From an uncultured candidate division Zixibacteria bacterium (lineage in GTDB: Bacteria; Zixibacteria; MSB-5A5; RBG-16-43-9), in NCBI GenBank assembly GCA_963713865.1, contig OY970208.1, forward strand, positions 1,440,001 through 1,504,000: a stretch of 64,000 bases of DNA, read 5' to 3'. This document shows positions 29,183 through 39,398 of this stretch, piece by piece. Position 1 is the first letter of the stretch; each line of letters begins with the position of its first letter. The notes beneath the pieces are model-generated. The model was given only the letters and a program-made list of their open reading frames with translations. It ran no database searches and was not told the origin of the DNA. The position numbers and the translations under genes are program-made.

Positions 29183-30133
29183 ATGAGCGATAAAAAATTT
29201 GCGTTTCTTTTTCCAGGTCAGGGTTCTCAATATGTGGGGATGGCTAAGGATTTATATGAATCTTCTCCACAGGTAAAAGAGCTTTACGATAGAGCTTCGA
29301 AAATCTTAGGATACGATTTAGCTAGAGTCTGTTTCGAAGGACCAGAGGAGGTGTTAGTCCAAACTAAATATACCCAGCCAGCTATCTTTGTGCACAGCCT
29401 TTCACTTTATCATTTTTTAGAAAAGGATGGGATCGAACCTTCTTATGTGGCAGGTCACAGTTTAGGTGAATATTCAGCGGCGGTTAGCGCTGGGATTTTC
29501 TCATTTGAGGATGGGCTTTTTGCGGTGAAGAAGCGCAGTAGTTTGATGCAGAAAGCCTGTGATAAGGAAAAAGGGACTATGGTTGCAATCATTGGTTTGT
29601 CCAGAGATAAAATTCTGGAGATCTGTAAACTAGCCTCAGAGTTTGGTATAATCCAGCCAGCTAATTTCAATTCCTCAGACCAGGTAGCTATAACCGGAGA
29701 TCTTAAGGGAGTGGAAAAGGGAGCGGAGTTGGCTAAGGAGGCTGGAGCTAAAAGGGTAATTATGCTTACAGTGGGGGGAGCTTATCATTCTCCTTTGATG
29801 AACTCAGCTAAAGATGGAATGGCTGAGGTTCTGAATAAGGTAAAGATAAATCAGGGGAAGGTGTGGTTGATTGCAAATGTTACTGCCAGACCGGTGGATG
29901 ATCCGGTAGAGATAAAAAATCTTTTAGTAGAGCAGATAACCAGTCCGGTTCTCTGGCATCAGTCGATGGAATATCTTTATGGACAAGGGATAAGAGATTT
30001 TGTTGAAATAGGACCCGGAAAAGTTTTGCAAGGACTGTTAAGAAGATCCTTTAAAGAGATTAATCTATACGGGATAGATAAACTTTCTGAACTTGAGAAG
30101 TTCAGAGATGATTATAAAACGGTGAAGGTTTGA
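29183..30133 (+). CDS. fabD: Malonyl-CoA:ACP transacylase
   Basis: FPGQGSQ, GHSLGE, AYHS, EIGPGKVL. Confidence 0.97.
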   Translation: MSDKKFAFLFPGQGSQYVGMAKDLYESSPQVKELYDRASKILGYDLARVCFEGPEEVLVQTKYTQPAIFVHSLSLYHFLEKDGIEPSYVAGHSLGEYSAAVSAGIFSFEDGLFAVKKRSSLMQKACDKEKGTMVAIIGLSRDKILEICKLASEFGIIQPANFNSSDQVAITGDLKGVEKGAELAKEAGAKRVIMLTVGGAYHSPLMNSAKDGMAEVLNKVKINQGKVWLIANVTARPVDDPVEIKNLLVEQITSPVLWHQSMEYLYGQGIRDFVEIGPGKVLQGLLRRSFKEINLYGIDKLSELEKFRDDYKTVKV

Positions 30134-30879
30134 AGATGGAATTAAAAGGGAAAGTAGCTTTAATTACCGGTGCGGCTCAGGGAATAGGAAAAGCAATTTC
30201 TGAGAAATTAGCTTCCTTAGGAGTCAATTTGATTATCTGGGACGTAAATTTTGAATTGGCTGAAGAAATAGCTCAGGAATTGAAGGATAAAACTAAGATA
30301 AATGTATTAGCTCAAAAAGTGGATGTCTCGAATTACTTGTCAGTTGAGGAAAGCTTTAAAAAATCTCTGGAGAAATTTCAGCAGATCGATATTTTGGTGA
30401 ATAATGCAGGAATAACCCGGGATGGTCTTTTGATTCGGATGAGTGAAGAGGATTGGAATAAAGTCATAGATGTAAATCTAAAAGGTGCATTTAATTTATG
30501 TAAAGCTGTCTCAAGAATTATGCTTAAACAAAAATCCGGGAAAATCTTAAACATAAGCTCAGATGTGGGTATAATGGGGAATATTGGACAGGTAAACTAT
30601 TCAGCCTCCAAGGCTGGGATTATCGGTTTGACTAAATCTTTAGCCAAGGAGTTAGCTTCTCGTGGTATAACGGTTAATGCTATTGCTCCTGGATATATCA
30701 AGACCGAGATGACTGAAAAAATTTCAGAAGATGCTAAAAAGGCTTTTCTTTCATTGATCCCTTTGAAAAGAGAAGGATTACCGGAAGATGTGGCTAATTT
30801 GGTTGCCTTTTTGGTCTCAAATGAAGCAAGCTATATTACCGGACAGGTTATACAAGTAGATGGGGGACTGTTAATGTAA
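30130..30879 (+). CDS. fabG: 3-oxoacyl-ACP reductase (start may be ATG 30136)
   Basis: TGAAQGIG, NNAGITRD, YSASK, VDGG. Confidence 0.97.
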   Translation: MKMELKGKVALITGAAQGIGKAISEKLASLGVNLIIWDVNFELAEEIAQELKDKTKINVLAQKVDVSNYLSVEESFKKSLEKFQQIDILVNNAGITRDGLLIRMSEEDWNKVIDVNLKGAFNLCKAVSRIMLKQKSGKILNISSDVGIMGNIGQVNYSASKAGIIGLTKSLAKELASRGITVNAIAPGYIKTEMTEKISEDAKKAFLSLIPLKREGLPEDVANLVAFLVSNEASYITGQVIQVDGGLLM

Positions 30880-30971
30880 AAGATGGTTTAAGGGTTCAAG
30901 GAATAAAGAGAAAAAGTGATAAATAGATAAAAAACAATCCGTGAGACGCGGATAAAAGAGGAGGTGAAAAG

Positions 30972-31217
30972 ATGGCGTCAATTGAAGAAAAAATAAAAGA
31001 GATTATTGTAGAGCAGTTGGGGGTGGATCCAGCTCAGGTTATTCCAGAGGCTTCATTTGTAAATGACTTAGGTGCAGATTCTCTGGACACGGTAGAGTTA
31101 GTAATGGCATTAGAGGAGGAGTTTAATCTGGAAATACCGGATGAGGAAGCAGAGAAAATTTCCACAGTTGGACAGGCTATCGAATATATTAGGTCAAATA
31201 GTGCTAAGGAGGCGTAG
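30972..31217 (+). CDS. acpP: Acyl carrier protein
   Basis: [24 protein letters not shown]. Confidence 0.98.
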   Translation: MASIEEKIKEIIVEQLGVDPAQVIPEASFVNDLGADSLDTVELVMALEEEFNLEIPDEEAEKISTVGQAIEYIRSNSAKEA

Positions 31218-31272
31218 AATTCTGAAAAATCTTTCTAAGTATGAGAAAGATTAACAAATTCAATGGAGTTAA

Positions 31273-32514
31273 ATGAAGAAGAGAGTTGTTATTACCGGAT
31301 TAGGGGTTATCTCTCCTGTGGGCAACAATGTTGAAGAGTTCTGGGAAGCTTTGATTAGCGGGAAATCTGGAGCAGGTAAAATTTCTAGATTTGATACTTC
31401 TAATTACACTACCAGGATAGCAGCGGAGGTAAAGGGTTTTGATCCTTTGAATTATTTAGAAAAGAAGGAAGCCCGCAGGATGGATTTAAGTGAACAATAT
31501 TCTTTAGCTGCCGCTTTTCAAGTAATGCAGGATGCTAAACTGGATTCTAATTCTTATGTTCCGGAAAAAACCGGTACGATTATCGGGAGTGGAATTGGAG
31601 GTGTGGATACCTTAGAAAAGCAACATTCTGTCCTTTTAAAAGATGGACCTGGTAGGGTAAGTCCTTTCTTCGTACCGATGATGATTATCGATATGTCTGC
31701 TGGTTTGGTTTCTATCAAGTATAATCTTAAAGGACCAAATTATGCTACAGTCTCTGCCTGTGCTTCTGGTGCAAATGCGATTGGAGATGCTTTTAAGATT
31801 ATTCAGAGAGGGGATGCAGAGGTTATGATAGCTGGAGGTAGCGAAGCTTCAATAACTCCTCTTTCCTTAGCAGGTTTTTGTTCTGCCCGAGCTCTTTCCA
31901 CCAGGAATGAAGAGCCAGAAAAAGCCTCAAGGCCTTTTGACAAATTAAGGGATGGTTTTGTGATGGGTGAAGGTTCCGGGATGATTGTCTTAGAGAGTTT
32001 AGAACACGCTCAAAGAAGGGGTGCTAAAATCTATGCGGAGATGATTGGGGTGGGGATGAGTTCGGATGCTTATCATATCACTGCTCCAGCTCCAGGTGGA
32101 GAGGGGGCAGCCCGAGCAATGAAACTTGCTCTTCGAGATGCGGAACTTGAGCCGGAAGATGTAGATTATATCAATACCCATGGGACTTCAACTGATTTAG
32201 GAGATATCAGCGAGACTCAGGCCATAAAAAATGTTTTCGGAGAAAGAGCTTATAAAATTCCCGCTAATTCAACCAAATCAATGATTGGTCATCTCTTAGG
32301 AGCTGCAGGTGCAGTTGAGTTGATCGCGGTTTTAAAATCGATGGAAAAGGGGGTTTTACATCCTACCATAAACCAAGAGGTTTCTGATCCTGAGTGTGAC
32401 TTAGATTATGTAGCAAATCAGTCCCGAGAAACACGGATAAGGGTAGCTTTAAGTAACTCCTTTGGCTTTGGAGGGCACAACATCACCCTGATTGTAAAAA
32501 GATTCAAAGATTAG
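31273..32514 (+). CDS. fabF: 3-oxoacyl-ACP synthase II
   Basis: [27 protein letters not shown]. Confidence 0.97.
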   Translation: MKKRVVITGLGVISPVGNNVEEFWEALISGKSGAGKISRFDTSNYTTRIAAEVKGFDPLNYLEKKEARRMDLSEQYSLAAAFQVMQDAKLDSNSYVPEKTGTIIGSGIGGVDTLEKQHSVLLKDGPGRVSPFFVPMMIIDMSAGLVSIKYNLKGPNYATVSACASGANAIGDAFKIIQRGDAEVMIAGGSEASITPLSLAGFCSARALSTRNEEPEKASRPFDKLRDGFVMGEGSGMIVLESLEHAQRRGAKIYAEMIGVGMSSDAYHITAPAPGGEGAARAMKLALRDAELEPEDVDYINTHGTSTDLGDISETQAIKNVFGERAYKIPANSTKSMIGHLLGAAGAVELIAVLKSMEKGVLHPTINQEVSDPECDLDYVANQSRETRIRVALSNSFGFGGHNITLIVKRFKD

Positions 32515-32538
32515 AACTCTTCATACTTCTATGGTCTT

Positions 32539-33288
32539 ATGAAATTTGGACTTGGCAGGTTCATTAAATACTTACTTTCCAAACCAAAAAATCAAGCAAT
32601 GGTGGGTTTGGAATTAAGGTTAGGGTATAAGTTTAAAAATAAAGATCTTTTGATTGAATCTCTGACTCATCGCTCCTCCTTAAAAGAACAAGGCAAGCAG
32701 AGGGGGGCTTCTTATGAAAGACTTGAATTTTTAGGTGATGCGGTCTTAGGATTATCAGTCAGTCGTTTTTTATTTGAGAATTTTCCTGATCAAGATGAAG
32801 GGGAACTAACCAAACTCAAAGCTACCTTAGTGAGTGAAGCTAATCTTGCTCGAAAAGCCAAGCTTATCTCTTTAGGGAAACATCTCTTTTTAAGTCCGGA
32901 GGAGGAAAAATCTGGTGGCAGGTTAAGAACTTCTATCCTTTCTGATTCCTATGAAGCACTTTTAGGTGCAATTTTCTTAGATGGTGGACTGGAAGCAGCT
33001 GTACAGTTTATTCAAATGCAAATCTTGAGAAACTTAAAAGAGACGACGCTGGATAGGTCTTTTCAGAATTATAAGGGTGAACTTTTAGAATATCTTCAAG
33101 CTGAAGGGGAGGGTATTCCAAAATATGAAGTCCTGGAGGAAAGTGGGCCGGATCATCAAAAAATGTTTACCATCGGGGTATATTCAAAAGGAAGACGTCT
33201 GGGAACAGGGAAGGGAGCAAGTAAAAAAGAAGCAGAACAGAATGCAGCCAAGATGGCATTAGAGGAGTTCGAAAAAAATTTAAATTAA
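32539..33288 (+). CDS. rnc: Ribonuclease III
   Basis: ERLEFLGDAVL signature plus C-terminal dsRBD (GPDH...G.G.SKKEAEQ.AA). Confidence 0.97.
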   Translation: MKFGLGRFIKYLLSKPKNQAMVGLELRLGYKFKNKDLLIESLTHRSSLKEQGKQRGASYERLEFLGDAVLGLSVSRFLFENFPDQDEGELTKLKATLVSEANLARKAKLISLGKHLFLSPEEEKSGGRLRTSILSDSYEALLGAIFLDGGLEAAVQFIQMQILRNLKETTLDRSFQNYKGELLEYLQAEGEGIPKYEVLEESGPDHQKMFTIGVYSKGRRLGTGKGASKKEAEQNAAKMALEEFEKNLN

Positions 33289-33290
33289 AT

Positions 33291-34448
33291 ATGGAATTCT
33301 GGTTTAGTAAAGAACAAAAGGAGCTTAAAGCTCTTAGCAGAGAAATAGCCCTGGGGAAAATTCAACCTAAAAGGGAATATTATGATGAAACTGAAGATTT
33401 CCCCTGGGAGATAGTGAAGGATTTATCTTCAGCCAAGCTTTTTGAGGTTTATATTCCTGAGGATTATGGTGGTAAAGGCGGGGGAGTAACTGAGCTTTGT
33501 ATTGTTACTGAAGAGCTATCGAGGGTATGTGGTGGAACTGCCTTAGCCTATGCTGGAACAGCTTTAGGTTCATATCCTATCTTGCTTTTTGGAAATGAAG
33601 AGCAGAAGAAAAAATATTTGCCCAGTATAGCTAAAGGGGAGAAATTAGCCGCTTTCGGTTTGACAGAAGCCAATGCCGGAAGCGATGTTTCAGCTATTCA
33701 AACTCAGGCAAAACCTATGGAAGATGGTTATATCCTGAATGGAACCAAGCAGTGGATTACCAATGGAGGAGAAGCTGAGATTTATACCATAATTGCGGTT
33801 ACTGATAAGACAAAAGGTGCCAGAGGTGCCAGCGCCTATATAATAGAAAAAGGGTTTAAAGGTTTTTCCTTTGGAAAAAAAGAGAAGAAGATGGGGATAA
33901 GAGCCTCTGCCACCAGGGAGCTAATTTTTAATGATTGCTTCGTGCCCAAGGAAAACCTCTTAGGGAAAGAAGGGACAGGTTTTATCGTGGCAATGAAGAC
34001 CTTTGATAAAACCAGACCCGGCGTGGCAGCTCAAGCTCTGGGGATTGCTCAGGGGGCTTTAGATGAAGCTTTAGAATATTCCAAAAAAAGGGAACAGTTT
34101 GGTAAAAGCATCTCCTCTTTTCAGGATATACAATTCAAATTAGCAGATATGGCTACTCAGATAGAAGCGGCAAGAGCTTTAATCTATTCAGTGGCAAAAC
34201 TTATTGATTCTGGAGTGGAAAAGGTCTCAAAAGTATCTTCTATGGCTAAAGTCTTTTCCTCAGATGTAGCAGTTAAAGTGACCAGTATGGCTTTACAGAT
34301 CTTCGGAGGATATGGTTATCTTAGGAACTATCCAGTAGAGAAGATGATGCGCGATGCCAAGATCACCCAGATTTATGAAGGGACGAATGAGGTCCAGAGG
34401 AATATAATCGCATTGAACTTGATTAAGGAGATCGCCACTCGGAAATAG
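33291..34448 (+). CDS. Acyl-CoA dehydrogenase
   Basis: LTEANAGSD, NGTKQWITNG, REQFG, FGGYGY, IYEGTNE. Confidence 0.95.
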   Translation: MEFWFSKEQKELKALSREIALGKIQPKREYYDETEDFPWEIVKDLSSAKLFEVYIPEDYGGKGGGVTELCIVTEELSRVCGGTALAYAGTALGSYPILLFGNEEQKKKYLPSIAKGEKLAAFGLTEANAGSDVSAIQTQAKPMEDGYILNGTKQWITNGGEAEIYTIIAVTDKTKGARGASAYIIEKGFKGFSFGKKEKKMGIRASATRELIFNDCFVPKENLLGKEGTGFIVAMKTFDKTRPGVAAQALGIAQGALDEALEYSKKREQFGKSISSFQDIQFKLADMATQIEAARALIYSVAKLIDSGVEKVSKVSSMAKVFSSDVAVKVTSMALQIFGGYGYLRNYPVEKMMRDAKITQIYEGTNEVQRNIIALNLIKEIATRK

Positions 34449-34466
34449 AAAAAAGAAAAAAAATAA

Positions 34467-34575
34467 TATCCGATGTCGAATATCGAAAGACGAAAAATTT
34501 TGTAGGGACAGGCCTGCGTGTCTACCCTAATGATTTTTATAAGAACATGGTAGGGGCAATTTATGGATTACCCCT
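34467..34575 (+). repeat. Heptamer array plus two GTAG REPs
   Basis: TATCCGA TGTCGAA TATCGAA AGACGAA at 34467-34494; GTAGGGACAGGCCTGCGTGTCTACCCT at 34502-34528; GTAGGGGCAATTTATGGATTACCCCT at 34550-34575. Confidence 0.7.
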
Positions 34576-34589
34576 TCAATTTAATTATT

Positions 34590-35447
34590 ATGAAAGAACA
34601 GACTTGGAGATTTATTGATACTGGCAAAAATGGTCCTTATTTCAATATGGCGGTAGATGAAGTCCTTTTGCACTCAGTTCAGAAAGGGTGTCCACCAGTT
34701 TTACGTCTTTATCAATGGAATCCAGCTACTATTTCGATAGGCTATTTTCAGGAAGTAGAAAAGACTGTGGGTTTAGATAAATGTAATAAATCGGGGATTA
34801 AACTTGTCCGGAGAATAACTGGTGGAAGAGCAGTTCTACATAATGAAGAGCTGACCTATAGCTTTTGCGGTTCCTCAAAAGCTTTTCCAGAGTTCGGTCA
34901 AAATGTTACAGAGACATATCAGATGATTTCTGGAGCCATTTTATTATCTCTAAAGATTTTAGGGATTGAAGCTCAATGGGTTAAACCTTCAAGGGAAGGG
35001 AGAAATATGAAAAACTCATTCGCTGTAAAGGGAGATAAATTATCTGAAAAAAATTTTTTCGACCTGCCCTGTTTTTCCAGTTTTTCCAGATACGAGATCA
35101 GCTTTCAGGGTAAAAAGCTTATAGGGAGTGCCCAGAGAAGGTTTGGTGACTTTTTTCTTCAACACGGCTCAATTTTATTAAAGAAAGAAGATTTGAGATT
35201 AACTTATTTTCTACCTAAGGATAATTCCTTTAAGAAAATATATGTAGAGGAGAACTCTACCAGCCTCGGAGAAATAAGAGGTGGAGAGGTTTCGTATCTC
35301 GAAATCATTCGATCATTAAAACAAGGATTTGGTAGATTTTTTAAAAAAGATTTTGACGAAAGTTTATTAACCCCGGATGAACTCAAAAATACTCAAAGAC
35401 TTATAGAAGAGAAATATTCCAAGGACGAGTGGAACTTAAAATTGTAA
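34590..35447 (+). CDS. Lipoate-protein ligase / octanoyltransferase (LplA/LipM family)
   Basis: NMAVDE, SIGYFQ, RRITGGRAVLH, KLIGSAQ, QHGS. ATG 34563 lies in a REP, so ATG 34590 is preferred. Confidence 0.9.
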   Translation: MKEQTWRFIDTGKNGPYFNMAVDEVLLHSVQKGCPPVLRLYQWNPATISIGYFQEVEKTVGLDKCNKSGIKLVRRITGGRAVLHNEELTYSFCGSSKAFPEFGQNVTETYQMISGAILLSLKILGIEAQWVKPSREGRNMKNSFAVKGDKLSEKNFFDLPCFSSFSRYEISFQGKKLIGSAQRRFGDFFLQHGSILLKKEDLRLTYFLPKDNSFKKIYVEENSTSLGEIRGGEVSYLEIIRSLKQGFGRFFKKDFDESLLTPDELKNTQRLIEEKYSKDEWNLKL

Positions 35448-35746
35448 AATTTAGCGCAATTTAAATCTAAAATAGCGTAATATTCTGCGTTTAGTTAAGT
35501 CTCCATATAACAAATAGTTAAATATTCTTAATCAGCGTTATCAAAAGATTTATCTTCACCTTTTGCGAAACAAATACTTAAATTAAAAAATAGGATAAGA
35601 ATTTCTAAACTTGGTTGATTTAATTTGTTGTTAAATAAGAACTTAAAAATGATGGATTCTGAGCCTGAAATCTATAATATGGGCATATTTTTTGTGTATA
35701 TAATTGTGTGGTATTTCCTCCTTCTTTCATATTAAAACCTCCTAGG

Positions 35747-35777
35747 ACCCCTGCTTACCAAGAAGGTAAGCAGGGGT
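35747..35777. other. Perfect 13-bp hairpin in a long intergenic region
   Basis: ACCCCTGCTTACC-AAGAA-GGTAAGCAGGGGT. Confidence 0.8.
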
Positions 35778-35879
35778 GAAAAATGAAAGAAAGGAAAAAT
35801 TTAAAAAGATTTAGTTTAACCCTTTATTATGAATTATGAAGGGGGAAATAAATAATTTATATTATGTTCAAAAAAAATC

Positions 35880-35908
35880 TTGACAATTTTAATAAGCTCT
35901 TATAATAT
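35880..35908 (+). promoter_or_regulatory. sigma70 promoter of TonB locus
   Basis: TTGACA at 35880-35885 with TATAAT/TAATAT at 35901-35908. Confidence 0.6.
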
Positions 35909-35971
35909 GTAATTTTAGATTATGGATTGAACTTAAGAAAATGGAAACTTTAACCAGTAAGGAGGAAAGAG

Positions 35972-38900
35972 ATGAAAGTTTTTAATGGGTTTAAGGTATT
36001 TCTATTTGTCTTTTCTCTGGTTTTATACCTGATATTTTCTACCTCGGTTAATGCTGGAATAACTGGTAAGCTCGCTGGCAAGGTTATAGATGATGCTACT
36101 GGCGAACCACTGTTCGGAGCTACGATATTGATCGAGGGCACAAGTATGGGGAATAAGGCCGGTCCGGATGGTTCTTATTATATTATCAATATTTCTCCAG
36201 GGAACTATTCGGTAATCGCCTCTATGATCGGCTACACCTCAGTTAAGGTAGAGAAAGTCCAGGTTATCGTTGACCAGAACGACTGAGGTTAGTTTCAGAC
36301 TGAAAACCCAGGCCGTGACTTTGAAGAAAAGCATTACGGTTGTAGCTGAACGACCTATAATCGATAAAGGGGTAACGGCTAATTTAAGGACCATCACCTC
36401 AGAACAGATAGCGCGTATGCCCGTGAGTGAGGTTACGGACGTTTTGAAATCGCAAGCCGGGTTTGTGACCAGGAATATGGAGCTGCACGTAAGGGGTGGA
36501 AGGGCAGGTGAAGTCTTATATATAGTTGATGGGGTAGCGACTAAGGATGTCTTAGGTGGCCTTGGTCTGGTAAGTGCAGGGATGAACATCTCCACGAGTG
36601 ATATTCAGGAAATAGACGTGTTAAAAGGTGGTTTTGATGCTGAGTTTGGTGGTAGTCAATCAGCCGCAGTAAATATTATAACCAAGGAGGGGAGTAGCAA
36701 AAAGACCGAAGGAAGGATAGAATTTTTAACCGACGATTTAGGGTCATCCTCCTTAAATAAGTATTCTTTCAATTCGGATAAGCTGGAATTCAGCGTGGGT
36801 GGTCCGGAGTTCCTTTTCTCCAAATTTATCTTGCCTTCTTTTATTACCCGGGACTTCTTACCCTTTTTCGGGATCAATCTGAATGGTGAAAATCTGACTT
36901 ACCGGATTAGTGGAAGCGTTAACAAAACCGATACTTATATGGATGTAAACCAATGGGCTACTCCCCAAACCAGAAAGTTATTCAGGGTGGATGATTTCTT
37001 GGGCTTCAAAATCCCGGAGAGGATGAATAACCAGTATTCTGCTCAAATAAAGACTTCATATAAGATCAGCCCTTCCAAGAGGCTTATTTTTTCCTATTCT
37101 AGAAACTGGGATAGATCCACCGTTTATTATAATCCGACTTCTGCTACCAGAGGAGATTGGAATATATGGAGGTATAGATATACCCCTTCTACCTTGCCGC
37201 AAGTTGAGAGTAAAACCAGTAACTTTAGCCTGCGGTTTACTCATAATGTAAGCAAAAGCACTTTCTACGAGATAAGCCTTTACAGGTTCAATTACGATAA
37301 GCTGCTCGCTCCTGGAGATCCTGATAACCCGGGAGGGTATCTCACACCGGGTGACTTTCTCGATCAAAACCTGTGGGAGAGTTTTACTGATCTGAATCAT
37401 AATGGGAGCTGGGATACTGCGGAGCCGTTTGTGGATGTGAACGGAAATAAAGCTTACAATAAAGGTGAGCCATTTGAAGACAGGAATGGGAATGGCAAAT
37501 GGGATAGTGCGGAGCCCTTTGTAGATACGCGCGATAGCGATAACCCAGCAGATACAGGGAATGGAAAGTATGACCCGGAGAAGGCGGCTATATCCCTTGG
37601 GGGGTATCTTCTTGATACCTGGGGGACAAAAGGCGTGGATAGAGGTGAACCTTACTGGGATGGGGATTCGCTCTTAGGTGAACCTTTTACAGATATAGAC
37701 GGCGATGGGGTATACGATAGTACCCGAGGAGATTTATGGGTTCCTTATTATGATGACTTGAACAGGAACAGTGTTTACGATGGCCCAACCTCTGACCCCT
37801 GTCCAGGTTTAGAGCATTGTGAAACCAGGATACCTTATATAGACCGTAATCATAACGGGCTTTATGATAAACCAAATTATAGATGGGATCCAGGAGAGGC
37901 TTACACGGACCTGAACGGGAACGGGAAATATGACGGGCAGGATTACTTTTATGATAGCGGTTATGAGGCAAGATGTTATTATCAGGACAGGTCAGAAAAC
38001 CGCCTGGGTCTGAGATTCAAACTGACCAGCCAGGTAACTAAAGAGCATCTTTTGAGTTGTGGATTCTCAATTCAGAGCTCAAAGGTTTCGTTGATAGATA
38101 TCAGGTATCCTTATACTAACTATACTGGGACTGCGGATGGTGGCCCCTGGCCAACCAAGGGGGTTTTCAGGGAGTTCTGGACGCATAAACCAACCTATGG
38201 AGACATCTGGATATCGGACAACTTAGAGTATGGCGCGATGATCGCCAAATTAGGTATCCGGCTTGATTTCTTCTCGCAGTCAAATGATTTACTCTGGATG
38301 CCATTGGAGGAAAGGATCATGATCAGTGAGGATCAAAGCACCCCAGTTAGTATCTCAAAATACAGAGCCAAGGTATCTCCCCGCTTAGGGGTATCCTATC
38401 CCATACTGGAGAAAGCAAAGGTGTTTTTCTATTACGGACATTTTTACCAGCTGCCGGAACTTCAGTGGATGTTCGGACGTCCTACCCAGGGCTCAACCGC
38501 CAATAGACTTTATGGTAATCCCAATCTCGGATGGTCCAAGATGATAGCTTATGAGTTCGGCGTTCAGTATGCCATCTCGGATGTTTATGCTTTGAATGTC
38601 TCTGGATTCTATAAGGATTATTTCGATCTGTTTAATACCCAGAATATTCAAGTTGGTCCAGATGAGTGGAATTTCTGGACAAATATAGATTACGCCAGAG
38701 CCAGAGGGGTTGAAACTGAGCTGGAGAAAAGATATGGTGGATACATAACCGGAAAATTAAACTATCAGTATTCCTTTGCCTTTGGCAAGAGTTCAGAGGA
38801 AGCCTCGAACTATTATAACCCAAACGCTATTTTCCATCAGGAATACCCTCTGGATTGGGATGTCAGGCATCAGCTTACCTTGAACCTGGATCTAAGGGTT

Positions 38901-39341
38901 TCTAAAGCTGACCATCCAAAGATCTTTGGCTTAAAGATGCCAAACAACTGGGGAGTGAACGTTATCTGGCAGTATAGAACCGGTTTCCCCTTCACCCCGG
39001 CTTCAACTTATCCCGGGATATCATCTACTTTGAGACGGAATGAGAATCCGGTCCCTTACTCCAAAAGGATGCCCTCTTCCAGCAATATAGATTTACGCTT
39101 CAATAAAGACTTCGATATCTGGAAATTGAGTTATTCCTTCACCCTCTGGATAAATAATGTGTTAGATCGTAAGGATGTTGCCGATGTTTATTCCAATACC
39201 GGAAGAGCGAATACCAGCATGAGTTATTACTCAGATTATTACCAAGATAACATCACCCTTCCCGGAATTGAGATTGACAAGAGCCCTTATAATTATGAGC
39301 CTGGAAGGAACATCAGGGTAGGTCTGGCGATCTCCTTCTAA
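35972..39341 (+). pseudogene. TonB-dependent receptor with carboxypeptidase-regulatory-like N domain; +1 frameshift at 36278-36279
   Basis: ORFs 35972-36286 and 36270-39341 fuse into 1122 aa if one A of CAGAACG is removed (VIVDQ-TTEVSF); span 3370 = 3n+1; plug HVRGGR..EVLYIVDG, GGFDAEFG; terminal Phe. May be a sequencing error in a functional gene. Confidence 0.8.
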
Positions 39342-39398
39342 AACTTAAGGAGTTTATTAATGTTCTTTTTGGGAAACAAAAAAGCGAGGAGGTTTGTA

